A stretch of 61,667 bases of DNA, filler included, from Basidiobolus ranarum (lineage: Eukaryota), in NCBI GenBank assembly GCA_040143965.1. It is 23 parts of 23 records of this genome, joined end to end, with 100 filler letters (N's around TTAATTAATTAA, not from the genome) between each part and the next. Parts side by side here need not be neighbours in the genome. Positions count along the whole stretch, not along the records: positions 24,217 to 26,804 come from JASJQH010003173.1; positions 26,905 to 29,490 come from JASJQH010003174.1; positions 29,591 to 32,176 come from JASJQH010003175.1; positions 32,277 to 34,862 come from JASJQH010003176.1; positions 34,963 to 37,547 come from JASJQH010003177.1; 18 more parts are not named here. One strand, 5' to 3'. Of this stretch, positions 24,991-37,647 are shown piece by piece. A program made the position numbers and the translations under genes. Numbering within the stretch: position 1 is the first letter of the stretch; each line of letters begins with the position of its first letter. The notes beneath the pieces are model-generated. The model was not told the origin of the DNA. It was given only the letters and a program-made list of their open reading frames with translations, and searched no databases.

Positions 24991-26904
24991 GTGAGCTAGC
25001 TGTATTTCTAACTTTTTTCAATCCAATTTCCTAGAATCTTTTATAAGTTATTTGTGTGTAAGAACTTTACCTATTTGCCCCATTTACTGAGCCTTGTTAT
25101 GAGACCAGTACATTAAGGCTATCAATAATTATGTTTAATCAATCTTTGGCAAACAGAACTGGCCAGTTTTTGCAATTGTGTGCTTCTAACCTATGTAGAA
25201 CTTACCTAATATATCTGATCAAAAGTCTGGGCTAATATATTTATGGATTTGAAAATTAAATAAAATGAGCTACGTATAAGTTTGTAAAACCATGTCTTCC
25301 ATGAATCAGATTCTAATTGTGAGTGTTGAGACAGTGTCCATATTTTATTGCATGCTGTAGTTAATGATGAGGAAAATTGGCTATATGTTCAGCCTAAAGG
25401 GGAAGATAAGTTCATCACAAAGACTTTTCAATATGTTAATCTCCTGGGTACTTATAATGAAACTATCAACCATCACTATGTTTATTAGATTCAGAACTAG
25501 CCCTTGACTTATTAAAGCTTTGGTTTTGCTTGTTAAAGTCACTACCTTAACTCAAATTGTTGCAGAGGTGGAATGCAACCAGAATAATCAACTGATTACA
25601 AAGAAAACAAACCTCTGCTGTTAGGCAGCCAACAAGCAAAGAAGCTCAAACCGAGTCAGTTCCTCTGTTCAAGAAAGTGTTTACTATGATTACCAGAAAG
25701 AATGTTATCTTGGACAATGTGAATATGAATTGGCAAGACAATTTTGACCTCAAGTACCAATTGAGACCTAGCTTTGAAGTGGAAGCCAGCGGTATAAAAT
25801 CTGACTAGGGAGAGGTTGTCGATTCTGGATCAAATGAAAATAGTAATATTACACCAGGAGTGTACAAAATGAGCGTATGAGATGAGTGTATAAAATGCCA
25901 CAAGATACTGAAAGTGGGATGGAAATGGCTCCAACACCACCAGCGGATGATTCTGACTCCGAAGATGCCTTACCGCCTCAAGCATCAGATTTAGGGTTCA
26001 ACCACGAGAGTACAGGAAATAGATGACACAGGTTCAGCGAACACTATACCCTTCGATCTACCCTTGCGGTTAGTGAACACCTCCTGGCAAGTCTTTACCT
26101 CAACAGGCGTTGGTGTCTTGGGTGTAATTTCGAATATGATTCGTGATTTACTAAAAATTTTCCCTCATCAAATAATTACCTTGTATTCATTAATATCAAG
26201 CATAAAGCAATAGACCATCTAAAGCTCTAAATCATAAACAATCCCTTCAATTTCTTCTACATGGGCCCTACCAAATTTTAAAAGTAATGAGATTCATACT
26301 CGTCTTGTCCCAACCATGTTATCTATATATTCAAAGGATAGAGAGCCTCTCCTAGTGCGACAGTATAACCCTCCAATCAGGCAAAGTAAGAGGGCATTCA
26401 ATAAATGCTACAGTAAGTAATAATAATCAAGTATTTCTTTTACTTATCATCCGGAATATATAAAACGACTTAACCTAGTCTGCAGCCAGATCTCTCACAT
26501 AGTCATCAAGCAGCTTCACTATCTTTTCATATTCGGATATGCATTTACTACCAACAATGAAGATAGTATCTACGTGAAGGTGTGACATTCTTGTGTGCAT
26601 TCTTTGAGTAATATACTTGGGTGAGCGTAACACGAGTCATTCTGTCAATGCTACCATCCGTACTACCGTCAATCTCGTACTGATATTTATGAAAACCAAG
26701 TACTTGGTAGATTAGTGTAAGATCAAACTATATGCTAGTAAATTAATAGATTATATCACATTAATCAATAACTCAATGTTATAAGTTTGATATAACCGTC
26801 TTTGNNNNNNNNNNNNNNNNNNNNNNNNNNNNNNNNNNNNNNNNNNNNTTAATTAATTAANNNNNNNNNNNNNNNNNNNNNNNNNNNNNNNNNNNNNNNN
26901 NNNN

Positions 26905-29150
26905 TTGTGGTTTGTCAGTAGTCTTTAGCACTTCGTAAACTCAACCTTAAACATTTTTCATAGCCATTGTTTCTTGGCACCGTACCCTTTCTCTCTTGTC
27001 AGTAGTCTTTAGCGCCTTGTAGATTACCCCTTTAGTGTTTCCCGTCATTATATTCTTTGTCATTTATCAGCAGACCTTAGCACTTAATAAACTCACTTTA
27101 ATTGTTTCTTATACCTGCTATTTCTTGACACCGTACCCTTTACCACTTGTCAGTTGTATTTGGCACTTGATAAAATGTGCTCTAAGTGTTTTCCATACCG
27201 GTCATTTCTTGGCACCATAACCTTCATCGCTTGTCAGTAGTATCTAGCACTGCTTGGACTTTCTTGCAAATGTTTCCCATACCCCTTGTTTATTATCACC
27301 ATACCTTTCGTCTTTTTTCAGTAGTCTTGAGGACTTCGTAAACTCTACATTAAGTGTTTCTCATACCCTTTGTCATTTCTCAGTAGTCTCTAGCACTGCG
27401 TGCATTTTCTTTTTAGTGTGTCCCATACCGCTCGTTAATTGGCAGAGTAATAATTTTGCGGTACTATTGTTTCCTCTACCCGTTGTTTCTTGACACCATA
27501 CCCTTTGACATTTAACAGTAGTCTTACGCACTTTGTAGACTGCTTGAAGTACACTCTTCTTTAAGTTTTTCTCACACCTGTCGTTGGTCATCACCGTACT
27601 CTTTGTCAGTAGTCTTTAGCGATTCTTTACAACTTCGTAGACTCATTCTCCTTTTAGTGTCCTCCCAAACGCAACGTTTTGTATGCCCATACAGTTTGTC
27701 ACATATCATCAGTGTATACCTTTTCGTAGACTTTGCTATCAGTGTTTCCCATAGTCTCTAGCACTTTATAAACTACCGGGTGTTTGTTATCACCGTACCC
27801 TTTGTCTTTTGTCAGCAGGCTTTAGGTCTTAGTAGACTTCGCTATCAGTGTTTCCCGTACCCGATATTTGCTATCACCATACCCTTCATCATTTGTCTTT
27901 ATAATTTAGCGCTTTGTAGACTTTTCTTAAAGTATTGCTCATACCCGTCGTTTGTCATAACCGTACGCTTTGTCATTTGTCAGCAGTCCTTAAGGCTCGT
28001 AAACTCTTTCACAAGCGTTTCCATTACCTGCCGTTGGTTTTCACCATACCCTTTGTCACTTGTCAGCAGTCTTTACACTTCGTAGAATCTTCTTTAAGTG
28101 TTTCCCATACCCTTCGTTTGTTGTCACCATACTCTTTGTCACTTATCGGTGGTTTTTAGCATTACATAAACTCTTTTTAAAGTGTTTTTCATACTCATTG
28201 TTTAATGTCAACAAACCCTTTGTCATTTGTCAGTGGTCTTTAGCTCTTCGTAGACTGTTCTTCAAATGTTTCACATCCCGCTCATTCCTCGTCACCATAC
28301 CCTTCATCATTTGTCAGTGGTCGTTAGCACTGTATAAACTTTTGTTTAAGTGTTTCCCATACCAGTGGTTTCTTGGTACCATATGCTTCGTCATCTGTCA
28401 GTAGTCTTTATCTACATACCTGATGTTTCTTGGCACCATTCTCTTTGGCAATTATCAGTGGTCTTTAGCTGCTCGTAGACTCGGCTTTAAGTGTTATCCA
28501 TACTTGTCATTTCTTGGCACCATACCCTTCATCGTTTGTCAGTAGCCTTCAGCACTGCCTAGACTCTCGTTTAAATGTTTTCCATACCAGTTGTTTGTTA
28601 TCACCATACCCTTCGTCATTTTCAGTACTCTTTAGCACTTCTTTACCACTTTATTTGCTTTCCTTTAAGTGTTTCCCATTACCATCGTTTGTGGCACTAT
28701 GCTCTTCATCATTTGTCAGTGGTCATTAGCACTTCATAAATTTTCGTTTCAGTGTTTCACATACCGCTCATTCCTTGGCACCATGCCTTTACCATAACTT
28801 TCATCGTTTCCAGGCAGTCTTTACCACTTCGAAGCCTCTCCTTTTAGTGTTTCCCATACCCGTCGTTTTTGGCACCCTACTCTTCATCATTTGTTAAGGG
28901 TCATTAGCACTTCGTAAACTCTCTATCAGTCTTTCACATACCCGCTGTTTGTTATCACCATACCCTTTGTCACTTGTCAACAGTCTTTCGACTTCGTAGA
29001 CTTTCCTTTAAGTGTTTCCTACACTCGACGTTTACGATCACCCCACTGTTCGTCACTCGTCAGTCACCTTTAGCACTTCATAGACCCTCCTCTACGTGTT
29101 TCCCATACCCGTGGTTTGTGGTCACGTTACTCTTTGTCTTTGTTTCAATA
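26905..29150. repeat. Diverged 84-bp tandem satellite array
   Basis: Approximate consensus TTAAGTGTTTCCCATACCCGTCGTTTGTTATCACCATACCCTTTGTCATTTGTCAGTAGTCTTTAGCACTTCGTAGACTCTCCT; many internal deletions. Confidence 0.95.
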
Positions 29151-29246
29151 TTAGCCCTATTATTAGTCTAATCTTCCAACCATATATAATATTCTAATAG
29201 CTTCTAACCTTCACTAGCGCCAGTGGTCTTGTTGTTTTAAATGCCG

Positions 29247-29490
29247 AAGTTTGTATATATTATTAGCCCAATATATGACCTAATAGGCTATTCTTTGATC
29301 TGTTATAAACATGAATACCAAAACATCCGACTGAAAAGGAATTTATCCAAAAGTGGCTTAAAACAAAGCTAAGACTAGGCCACCTGAGCATGATGAACAG
29401 AATAATTCAAGGTGTCAACAAAGTATCGTGCCGTGTTTTAATGTTTTGCATAACATCGAGACAGAGTTGGCCGATAACATTCCTGTTACA
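29247..29490. repeat. Conserved non-satellite block associated with the 84-bp array (second copy 51055-51297)
   Basis: Direct alignment; 7 substitutions over the core from AAGTGGCTT to CCTGTTACA. Confidence 0.9.
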
Positions 29491-29590
29491 NNNNNNNNNN
29501 NNNNNNNNNNNNNNNNNNNNNNNNNNNNNNNNNNTTAATTAATTAANNNNNNNNNNNNNNNNNNNNNNNNNNNNNNNNNNNNNNNNNNNN

Positions 29591-30598
29591 TGACAATAGA
29601 AGTACAAAGTTCTTGATTTTCTTGCTGGAGCTGAGTAAGAGCTTGCATAATATCTTCCATTGTGGGTGCTGGTGTTGACATAATACTTACTGTGTTGGGA
29701 GGGGGAAGTATTGAAACCACAAGTTTCTTCAGGAATGATAATCATAATGCAATGTTAACTTTCTGTTGAAGAAATGATTGGCACCTTGACAATAGAATAT
29801 GCTAGTATCAATATCCTTTGATTTTGATCCAGTACTAAAGCTTCTTTGATCAAAAACAACTGTAAACTCAACCAGTAATGTCTTGACAAGGATGCACTTA
29901 GAGCAATTATCCAAAGGTGGAAGGTACCTTTGCCTTAACAGGGGAGCTTAGGAAAGATGGGGAATAAGAGGGAAGCCAACCTTAGGGGGTTTCAAGTTTG
30001 GAGAACAGGGATGGAGGGAAGTCTACAGGCAAGTATAAGTAGTCTGATCAAACTGTCACAATAAGGAACTGGAAAAGGACTGGGAACAACAATAAGAGGC
30101 TAGAAGGCAGGAGAGCATTTGGGTGTAGACCACAAGAGAAGACAAGACAAGACTGGACAAGGAAGATACTTTGGCAAGAATCTTTATTGATAACTGGCAT
30201 TGATCAGACTGAGGTCTGATCAAGGAATACATGGGGCTTATATGAATATTGCAAGGTGAAACATAATATAACAAATAGGGAATATACTGTGGCAAGTTTT
30301 AGAGTTGGGGTGTTAGGGACCACAAGAACCAATACAAAGAGGGATGATGTAAGGAAGATGCAAGGATGATTGGATTACCTTCCATGGAAGGTATTGGCAG
30401 AAATACACAATGCGTGGGATGAAATGATTAGTTAGGTTTCATGGAATGTTCCAAAGAGCATTATTCCATATAAGGTAATCTGGATGAACTAACACAAGAT
30501 TGCCAAGAAGGGATGGCACAGCAGATATGATGTCATAATCTAAAAATAGAAGAGTCCTATTTGTAGTGGATCAATATGCTGAGATCAGAATCATGACA
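29591..30598 (-). mobile_element. Ty3/gypsy-type 5' end: 545-bp LTR (30598-30054), self-priming PBS (30051-30041), leader, gag start
   Basis: LTR bounded by TGTCA..TGACA; TATAA and AATAAA on the minus strand; MSTPAPTMEDIMQALTQLQQENQEL gag-like start; partial LTR copies at 24217-24502 and ~49040-49376. Confidence 0.78.
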
Positions 30599-30696
30599 GT
30601 GGGCTTTATATGGAGATATGGATACAAGCTTGTGTTGGTAATGAGATAAACCTTGGGTATGAAGAACTTTATAATAATGTTCAGGAGAGTATATTG

Positions 30697-32176
30697 CCCT
30701 AACAAAAATAAAATCAATTAGATCCAGATCAGATCAACCCTACAAAATAGCAAAGCCATCAGAGAACTGTTGCAATATTGGTGGCTTGCATTGTGCCAGG
30801 GATTTTTATGGTGTGATGATGGTTTCTTGATGTTAGTTTGATGGTATTCATATATGTTGAAATATTGCTCCTCAAATTTGGTATGCATTATCCAATATCC
30901 TGCAATTTTTGCAAAAATATATTTTTTGAATGCCAAGTTACTGGGTTTACTGCTATAGGAATTTGAATTAATATGCGTGCCTTTATTTAGATATTTTAGG
31001 CTTTGTATTCCAGTCATAATGAAAATCAAAAAATACAAGAATTTTGTGGTGTTTAATCCCTGCATATACACATATGTGACTGATTAGACATAACTCAACA
31101 ACATCAATATGCTTTACTAGCAAACTAATGGTTGAAAAATTGCTAAACATCTGAAGTTTTGACTAGCAATGACACTTGGCTAATAGCTGACTCTTGTTAC
31201 TGTTCACAATGAGAATAAGCTCTTGGATTTTGGCAAATTTCCATGAAGAGTTCAGCCAATATATCCCCAACTTGCAGTCAAATAATATCCTGCCACAAGT
31301 AAATGTGTCATTGCTTGCATGGATCACCCCATGGCTAAAACAATAATACTACATATTTCCATCTATCTCACCAGGAAGTCTGTCTTGCAGCTTTCCTAAA
31401 AAGATCATCAGACAATCATACAAGCCAATTAGACCAATTATAGAGGTACTTACTCTGTGTCCATGGATTGGCCTTTGTTGCTATTATAGTGCTCAAACAA
31501 TGCTAAAACCTGTGAGCACATTGAAAAGAACCCTTTGTTGGCAGGTTAATATACTATGGAGTGTCCATAACCCATTGCATTACACCCATCACTGCTTTTG
31601 CTGATACATTGTTAATCAGATTAGTATATGGTAATACTGACAATTTCACATGGAGCATCATCTCACCTCAGGTGCACTCCATTGGGAACTCCCAGAATGT
31701 ATGGCAAGGGCCTATAATCTCAAACCATTGTGAAAGATGCAGCAGGGAATGAATTGAATACTGGCATATATTTAGTCCATCTTCTTTATACCTGTTATAA
31801 AGTTTTTCATATCAAATTACAAAATCTTCACACAGTCACTGTATCTGCCTGAGATCTGCCAATGTGAGTTGACACCATAACAATATGTTAACAATATCCA
31901 CAAACAACTCCCAATGTTGCCAATACTTATTGGGCAGAAATCTTTTCAAAATTTTACTTGAATATATATAAATCCATTACTTCCAGTCTTTGCAGTGGTA
32001 TAAACACCTAGATGAGTGGATATTGATGGGAGTCCTGGTAAAATATAATGGTATCTTGATGTTTTCAAGCATTTTCCCAGTTGATTCAAACTTTGATCCT
32101 ATCTTGAATAGGCCATTCATATTGAATCTTCCACTATATAGCTGAGTAAGTAGTATTGGAATGTTGTTGAATAGTA
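30697..32176 (-). mobile_element. EnSpm transposase C-terminal half through terminus CCCTAACAAAAAT (30697)
   Basis: Reverse-complement paralog of 16640-17644, including the same end. Confidence 0.85.
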
Positions 32177-32276
32177 NNNNNNNNNNNNNNNNNNNNNNNN
32201 NNNNNNNNNNNNNNNNNNNNTTAATTAATTAANNNNNNNNNNNNNNNNNNNNNNNNNNNNNNNNNNNNNNNNNNNN

Positions 32277-32935
32277 ATCAATTAGATCACTTTTACAAAT
32301 TTTCACTATTTTCTCAACACTTCTCCAAATCATCTAAAATTTGCACCAAAGCTTAACAAGTATGTTTGTTATGATCTATGCACATCAGATAGTCCTGTTT
32401 CATAGTAAACTATAAACAAGATATATTCAACTCAATAAATTTTATGTGTCTAATTCACAATTCCAAATCTTGTCTAAAATACTTCCAAATCCCCTTAGCA
32501 TTCTCATAAAAGATGCAGTTCAAGTATGCAGAAAGTGGCTTCAGACAAAGAACATTTTACTTGATATTCAGTCTGGTGTTGTCCATGCAGATATCTAGGA
32601 AGAATTTAACACACAGTAGCCCAATATTGCAAGGTATATGCCAAATAGCTGGAAGAATGTTGAGTCAGCAAGGTTAATACAATGGTGGGCTTTGATGGAG
32701 ATATTGATACAAACTTGTGTTTGATATAAGCCCAATCTTGGGTATAAAGAACTCTATTTAAAATATTGAGGAGAATATATCAAAGAAATTAGGGATTTTT
32801 AAGGTGACACGTTGGCATTCCGGTGCTAAATGTGTAGATCCATAGTACCCCAAGATTGTAGCCAATCACGTGCAACTATTTTGCAGGATCTTGAAATTTT
32901 GCTGCTGAAACCGGAAAACTTGATCAAAATCAACT
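32277..32935 (+). mobile_element. Partial family A LTR (32277-~32500) followed by EnSpm ORF2 tail
   Basis: LTR matches 34050-34272; AVQVCRKWLQTKNILLDIQSGV matches 17713-17928. Confidence 0.75.
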
Positions 32936-33929
32936 CTAACTTGAGAGTTCACCATTCAAAAAAGCAGTTTTAACATCCATTTGATGCACAATAAGCTGAT
33001 ATTTAGGTGAAATTGCTAAAATCAATCCAATTGATTTTAACTTGGTGACAGGAGCAAAAGTTTCTGTATAATGTCTTCCTTGTGTTTGGGAATAGCCTTG
33101 TGCTACTAGTCTAGCCTTGAACCTTTCTATATTGCCATCTGGTGTATATTTAACTTTAAACACCAATCAGCAGCCAATTGATATTATGCCATCAAGTAAG
33201 TTTATCAAAATCAAGTTTGTTTAGCAATCAAAGCCTGCAACTTGTCTGCCATTGCAAATATCCAAGATTTTGTGGGAGAGCTATTCAGGGCAGCTTTTAG
33301 AGTCTGGGGTTCAGGTATTTAAGCTGAGCAGGCATAGGCCTGATTTTGGGCCTCACTGATGTACTGATCAGGGCTATTTCTGATCCAATTTGATCACCTT
33401 ATTTTGATAATGGCACTACACCTTCAAGCATTGTATTGAGCACTTCTGTAGGCAACATTTTGGTGGAAGAGTCTACAGGAATGCTATTGTCTTCATTTTC
33501 TTGGCAGAGTCAATTTAAATGATTGGATCAGGATAAAATTGATTTTTGTTGTCAATAGAGGTCATTTGGGGTGAACATTTTTCATTACAATTAAACAAAA
33601 CATCCCTGGACTTGATTAACTTGGACACTTTAATATCATAGAGCCTGAAGGCCTCAGTTTGAGTACAATAACCCAGAAATATGCATATCTTACTTATTGG
33701 CTCAAATTTACACCAGTTTTGCTCATAATTTCAACATAAGCATTGCATCCAAATATCCTAAAATGTTTTACATCAGGTTTAACTCCAAACCAAGCTTGAT
33801 ATGGTGTAGAGTTAGACAGACTACTAATTAAACTCCCATTCTTCAGATATACAGCAGTAGCAACCAAATCCACGCAAAAGTAATCAAAGAAATTTTGTAC
33901 ATTCATCATAGATCTTGCCATGTCTATTA
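32936..33929 (-). mobile_element. Copia integrase C-terminus and RT N-terminus
   Basis: DMARSMM..TAVYLKN..TPYQAWFGVKPDVKHFRIFGCNAY; VFKVKY..RFKARLVAQGYSQ..YTETFAPV..HQMDVKTAFLNG. Confidence 0.95.
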
Positions 33930-34862
33930 TGTTGAAATTATGTAAATAGCAACTCATTATTAAGTAGTTAGTTCATTCATATTCTGATTATTTAGTACTC
34001 TAATCTGCCGTTCAAAAATGTGTGTTTATTGCTCTAATTGATAGAAATATCAATCAGATCACTTTTACCCATTTTCACCATTTTCTCAAATCTTCTCTAA
34101 ATCACCGCAAATTTTCACCCATGCTTAACAAGCATTTTGTAATATTCTAAGCACATCCAACAGTCCTATTTTATAGGAAACTATAAATAGGATATATTCA
34201 ATCCAATAAAACTTAAGTGTCTATATCACAAATCCAAATCTTTTCTAAAACACTTTCAAATCCCCTAAGCACTGTTATCAGGTTATGAGCCCCAAGCTAG
34301 CTGTTAAAGGAATGTCTACCAGTACTATTACCAATGTTTTTGCATCTACAGAGAAGTTTGATGGTGAAGACTTTCACCTTTGGAAGTTCAAGATGCAAAT
34401 GGTGCTAGAAAACAAGGACCTTTGGGGATTTGTTACAGGAGAAGAAATAGAGCCAGAGGGACCACCAGAAGCTATCCTTGCCAATCACAAGAAGCAGAGC
34501 AAAGCACTCTCTACACTTTGCCTACATCTCAGAGATTCTCAATTGAGGCACATACAATCAGCCAAAAATGTCCAAAATGCTTGGGAAATACTTAAGGGAC
34601 CATATGAGACTAAAAGTCTGGCTAATAGGCTATATCTTTGGCGAAAATTGTTTTCAATTCACATGAATCCTGATGATTCTATGCTTAATCATATAAATTA
34701 GATAAAAACTATGGCAGATCAGCTCTCATCCATTGGAGCACCTCTTAATGAAGATGACTTAGTCATGACACTACTTGGGAGCCTGCCAGACAAGTTTGGG
34801 AACCTCAAAATTGCCCTAGAATCAAGATCAGAGCCATTAACAATGGAATATGTTGGTGCTAG
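33930..34862 (+). mobile_element. Copia family A 5' LTR (33930-34280), PBS (34281-34292), gag with one stop
   Basis: EKFDGEDFHLWKFKMQMVLENKDLW..LLGSLPDKF; LTR TG..CA, 351 bp. Confidence 0.95.
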
Positions 34863-34962
34863 NNNNNNNNNNNNNNNNNNNNNNNNNNNNNNNNNNNNNN
34901 NNNNNNTTAATTAATTAANNNNNNNNNNNNNNNNNNNNNNNNNNNNNNNNNNNNNNNNNNNN

Positions 34963-37547
34963 CTTGACTTTTGGCAGTGTTACCAAAACTTTGAGGCAAA
35001 CTACAGTCAGTGGACTCAATAGGCAAAACTAAAGTCAATTTAGTGCACTTATTACTGTTGTTATACACCAGGCTTTGTGCAGCTGGTGGCTTTGTACAGT
35101 GACCATGCTTGTGATTATTTTTTCTATGAAGCCTCCGGCTTTCATAGCACAAGAATTTGCGATAATAATAGTAGGGCTTCTTTAAATATTTGTGTTGCGG
35201 CATGAGAAGGATATTGTAGAAAAAGAACACCTCCCATGTAAGGGTGGTATTTTAGGTATAGCCCATCAATATCATCAGCTGATTCTGAGATGGTGTCACA
35301 GATGAGTCATCAGGGGATTTACAAGATATTTCCAGTAATGGATGGCAATTTTGGCTTATTATAAGCTGTTTCTAAGCAATTTCATTACACCAAGTTTACC
35401 ATCTGAAAATTTAAATGCCATTCCAAAAGCGTGCAAAATCTAAGTCAAAATTGGCTTTCAAGCCAAAGCCTGCAGGCACAAAAGAAAAAAACCAGCAAGA
35501 ACAGAGGACTTAACTGATAAGCAGTCTAGCAATCCACTATCCACTTTGGAAGCCATTAACATGCCGGAAACTAACTCAAGTAATGATGAAGCATTAATCA
35601 ATTTACCAGATGTGTTCCTTTCCCACAATAGTGCAAGTGAAGAGATTGTAATCCCCCAATTACATAGTAAATCAATAGTTGAGCAAAGTTCAACCAAAAC
35701 ACCATCAAGACCATCAACTTCCAAAATGGCTACTTTGCCCACTATTGAACAACCCTCCATAGAAAATTTTGATACAATTATAGCAATAAGGGAATTGCAG
35801 GGACAACACTGTAATGATTTGTACACAATCATAAGTAAAAACTATGAAGTTGCTATACAGGCCATGACCGGTAATAATGCTGCAATATTGCAATTAATGC
35901 TGCATTCAGAAGCAACTAGTCAACAGTTAGAGAGTCACTCCACAATGATACCAGACCTTCAGAATGCTGTACTTGAGCTACAGCTACATGCTGCTCCCTC
36001 CATCCATTCTCATATGGGATTTCAATCAATTGCACACCATACATATGAGCATTACCATGACAATCTAGCAGAGCAGAATATGTGTTGGACTATTAAGCCT
36101 ATACATCATCCCAAAGTTGCTAGGGTACATGAAAGTAGAAATCTCATAGAACACTGGCAAACCAAAAGACTCTGAATATCAGAGCTGCCATGACTTGCTC
36201 CGATGATGAGTGGTTTGACATTTTGGAAACTGTGCCAAATCATGCCTGAAATCACCTGGATTTAAGCTTATTGTGGAAAAACCAAATACCAGGCATTGCT
36301 CTGAAGGTTCTTGACTTATTTCATGTGACTAATCCTGGGTTTTTGCAAGCAAATGGCAATTTGGCTAGTGTAGGCCTATTCATGAAACATCTCAAAAATG
36401 TACACAATTATTTTACTTAGAAAAGAAAGAAAAGTGGCTAAAGAAGTACTCAAGGAGCAGGAAGTTAGTAAACCCAAGGGGAAAGCAAAGGAGCTAGTGA
36501 GTTTAGGCTCTACTGTCCCATATACCAAATACTTCACACCATTACAAAGATCTGCATTTCCAGAGTCAGATATACTGGCATAAAGCTTAATTTCACCATG
36601 GAACAGGGTACACCTGTTGGAAGAGTTCTAAATCTGCAAGTTTATCCAGCACCTGGCACCTCTCAACAAGCCAAAACACCAGCAAATAAAACTCACAGCT
36701 CTCCAACCTCAACTAGTACCTTTCAAAGTGTTGAAATCAGCCCCAAACTCAAAGGCAAGCAAAAAGCTGCACAAACATTGCAAAGTATCCTCAGTAGTGT
36801 CACACTACAAGGACACACAAAAATAGTCAAAGTGCTTGAGGAGTATTTTCAAAAGTATGGGGGGAAAGTTGCAGTGCAAGTATGCCAAAAGTGGCTTTAG
36901 AAGAGGAACATTCAACTTGACATTCAGTCTGGTGTTGACTGTGCCAATATCTAGGAAATAATTAACCTAACAGAAATTTGAGGATTGTTATTGTAGGAAA
37001 ACCATCACAATTTTAATCCATTTGGGATTGACCGTTTACTTACCATCATATAATTGTCAAGTTAGATTTGATTTTAATCAACTTTTGTAGTTTCAGGAGT
37101 TAAATTTCAAGATCTCACAATATAGTTGCAAATGATTGGCTAAAATCTCAGAGAACTATGGATCAACACATGTGCAAAAAACATAACTCAAATTTTACAC
37201 AATTACCACTTGAAAGCTAATTTGTCACCATTGAAATCCCTGGTCTCTTTGATATATTCTCCTGAATACTTTTATAGAGTTCTTCATACGCAAGGTTTAG
37301 CTCATACCCAACACAAGTTTGTGTCAATATCTCCATCAAAGCCGACTATTGTCTTAACATTGCTGAATCAACATTCTTCCAGCCATCTGCCAGATACCCT
37401 GCAATTTTGTGCCACTCTGTATTAAGTTCTTCCCAGATATCTGCACGGTCAACACCAGACTGTATGTCAAGTTGAATGTTCTTCTTCTGAAGCCACTTTC
37501 TGCATACTTGCACTGTGTTTTTCCCTTCATACTTTTGAAAATACTTC
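34963..37547. mobile_element. EnSpm ORF2 relic (+, to ~36964) interrupted by an inverted terminal fragment of the same family (36965-37547, -)
   Basis: ORFs 35546-36900 are paralogous to 12923 and 48375-49010; terminus CCTAACAGAAAT at 36966. Confidence 0.75.
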
Positions 37548-37647
37548 NNNNNNNNNNNNNNNNNNNNNNNNNNNNNNNNNNNNNNNNNNNNTTAATTAAT
37601 TAANNNNNNNNNNNNNNNNNNNNNNNNNNNNNNNNNNNNNNNNNNNN

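Noticed and set aside
25500-26804. Acidic peptide MPQDTESGMEMAPTPPADDSDSED and nearby coding-like sequence
   Set aside because: Short, interrupted and unassignable.
26905-29171. CRISPR array, or 28-aa repeat membrane proteins, in the 84-bp array
   Set aside because: Monomers are contiguous without unique spacers, no cas genes are present and the context is eukaryotic. ORFs arise because 84 is divisible by 3 on a T-rich strand and are broken by stops and indels.
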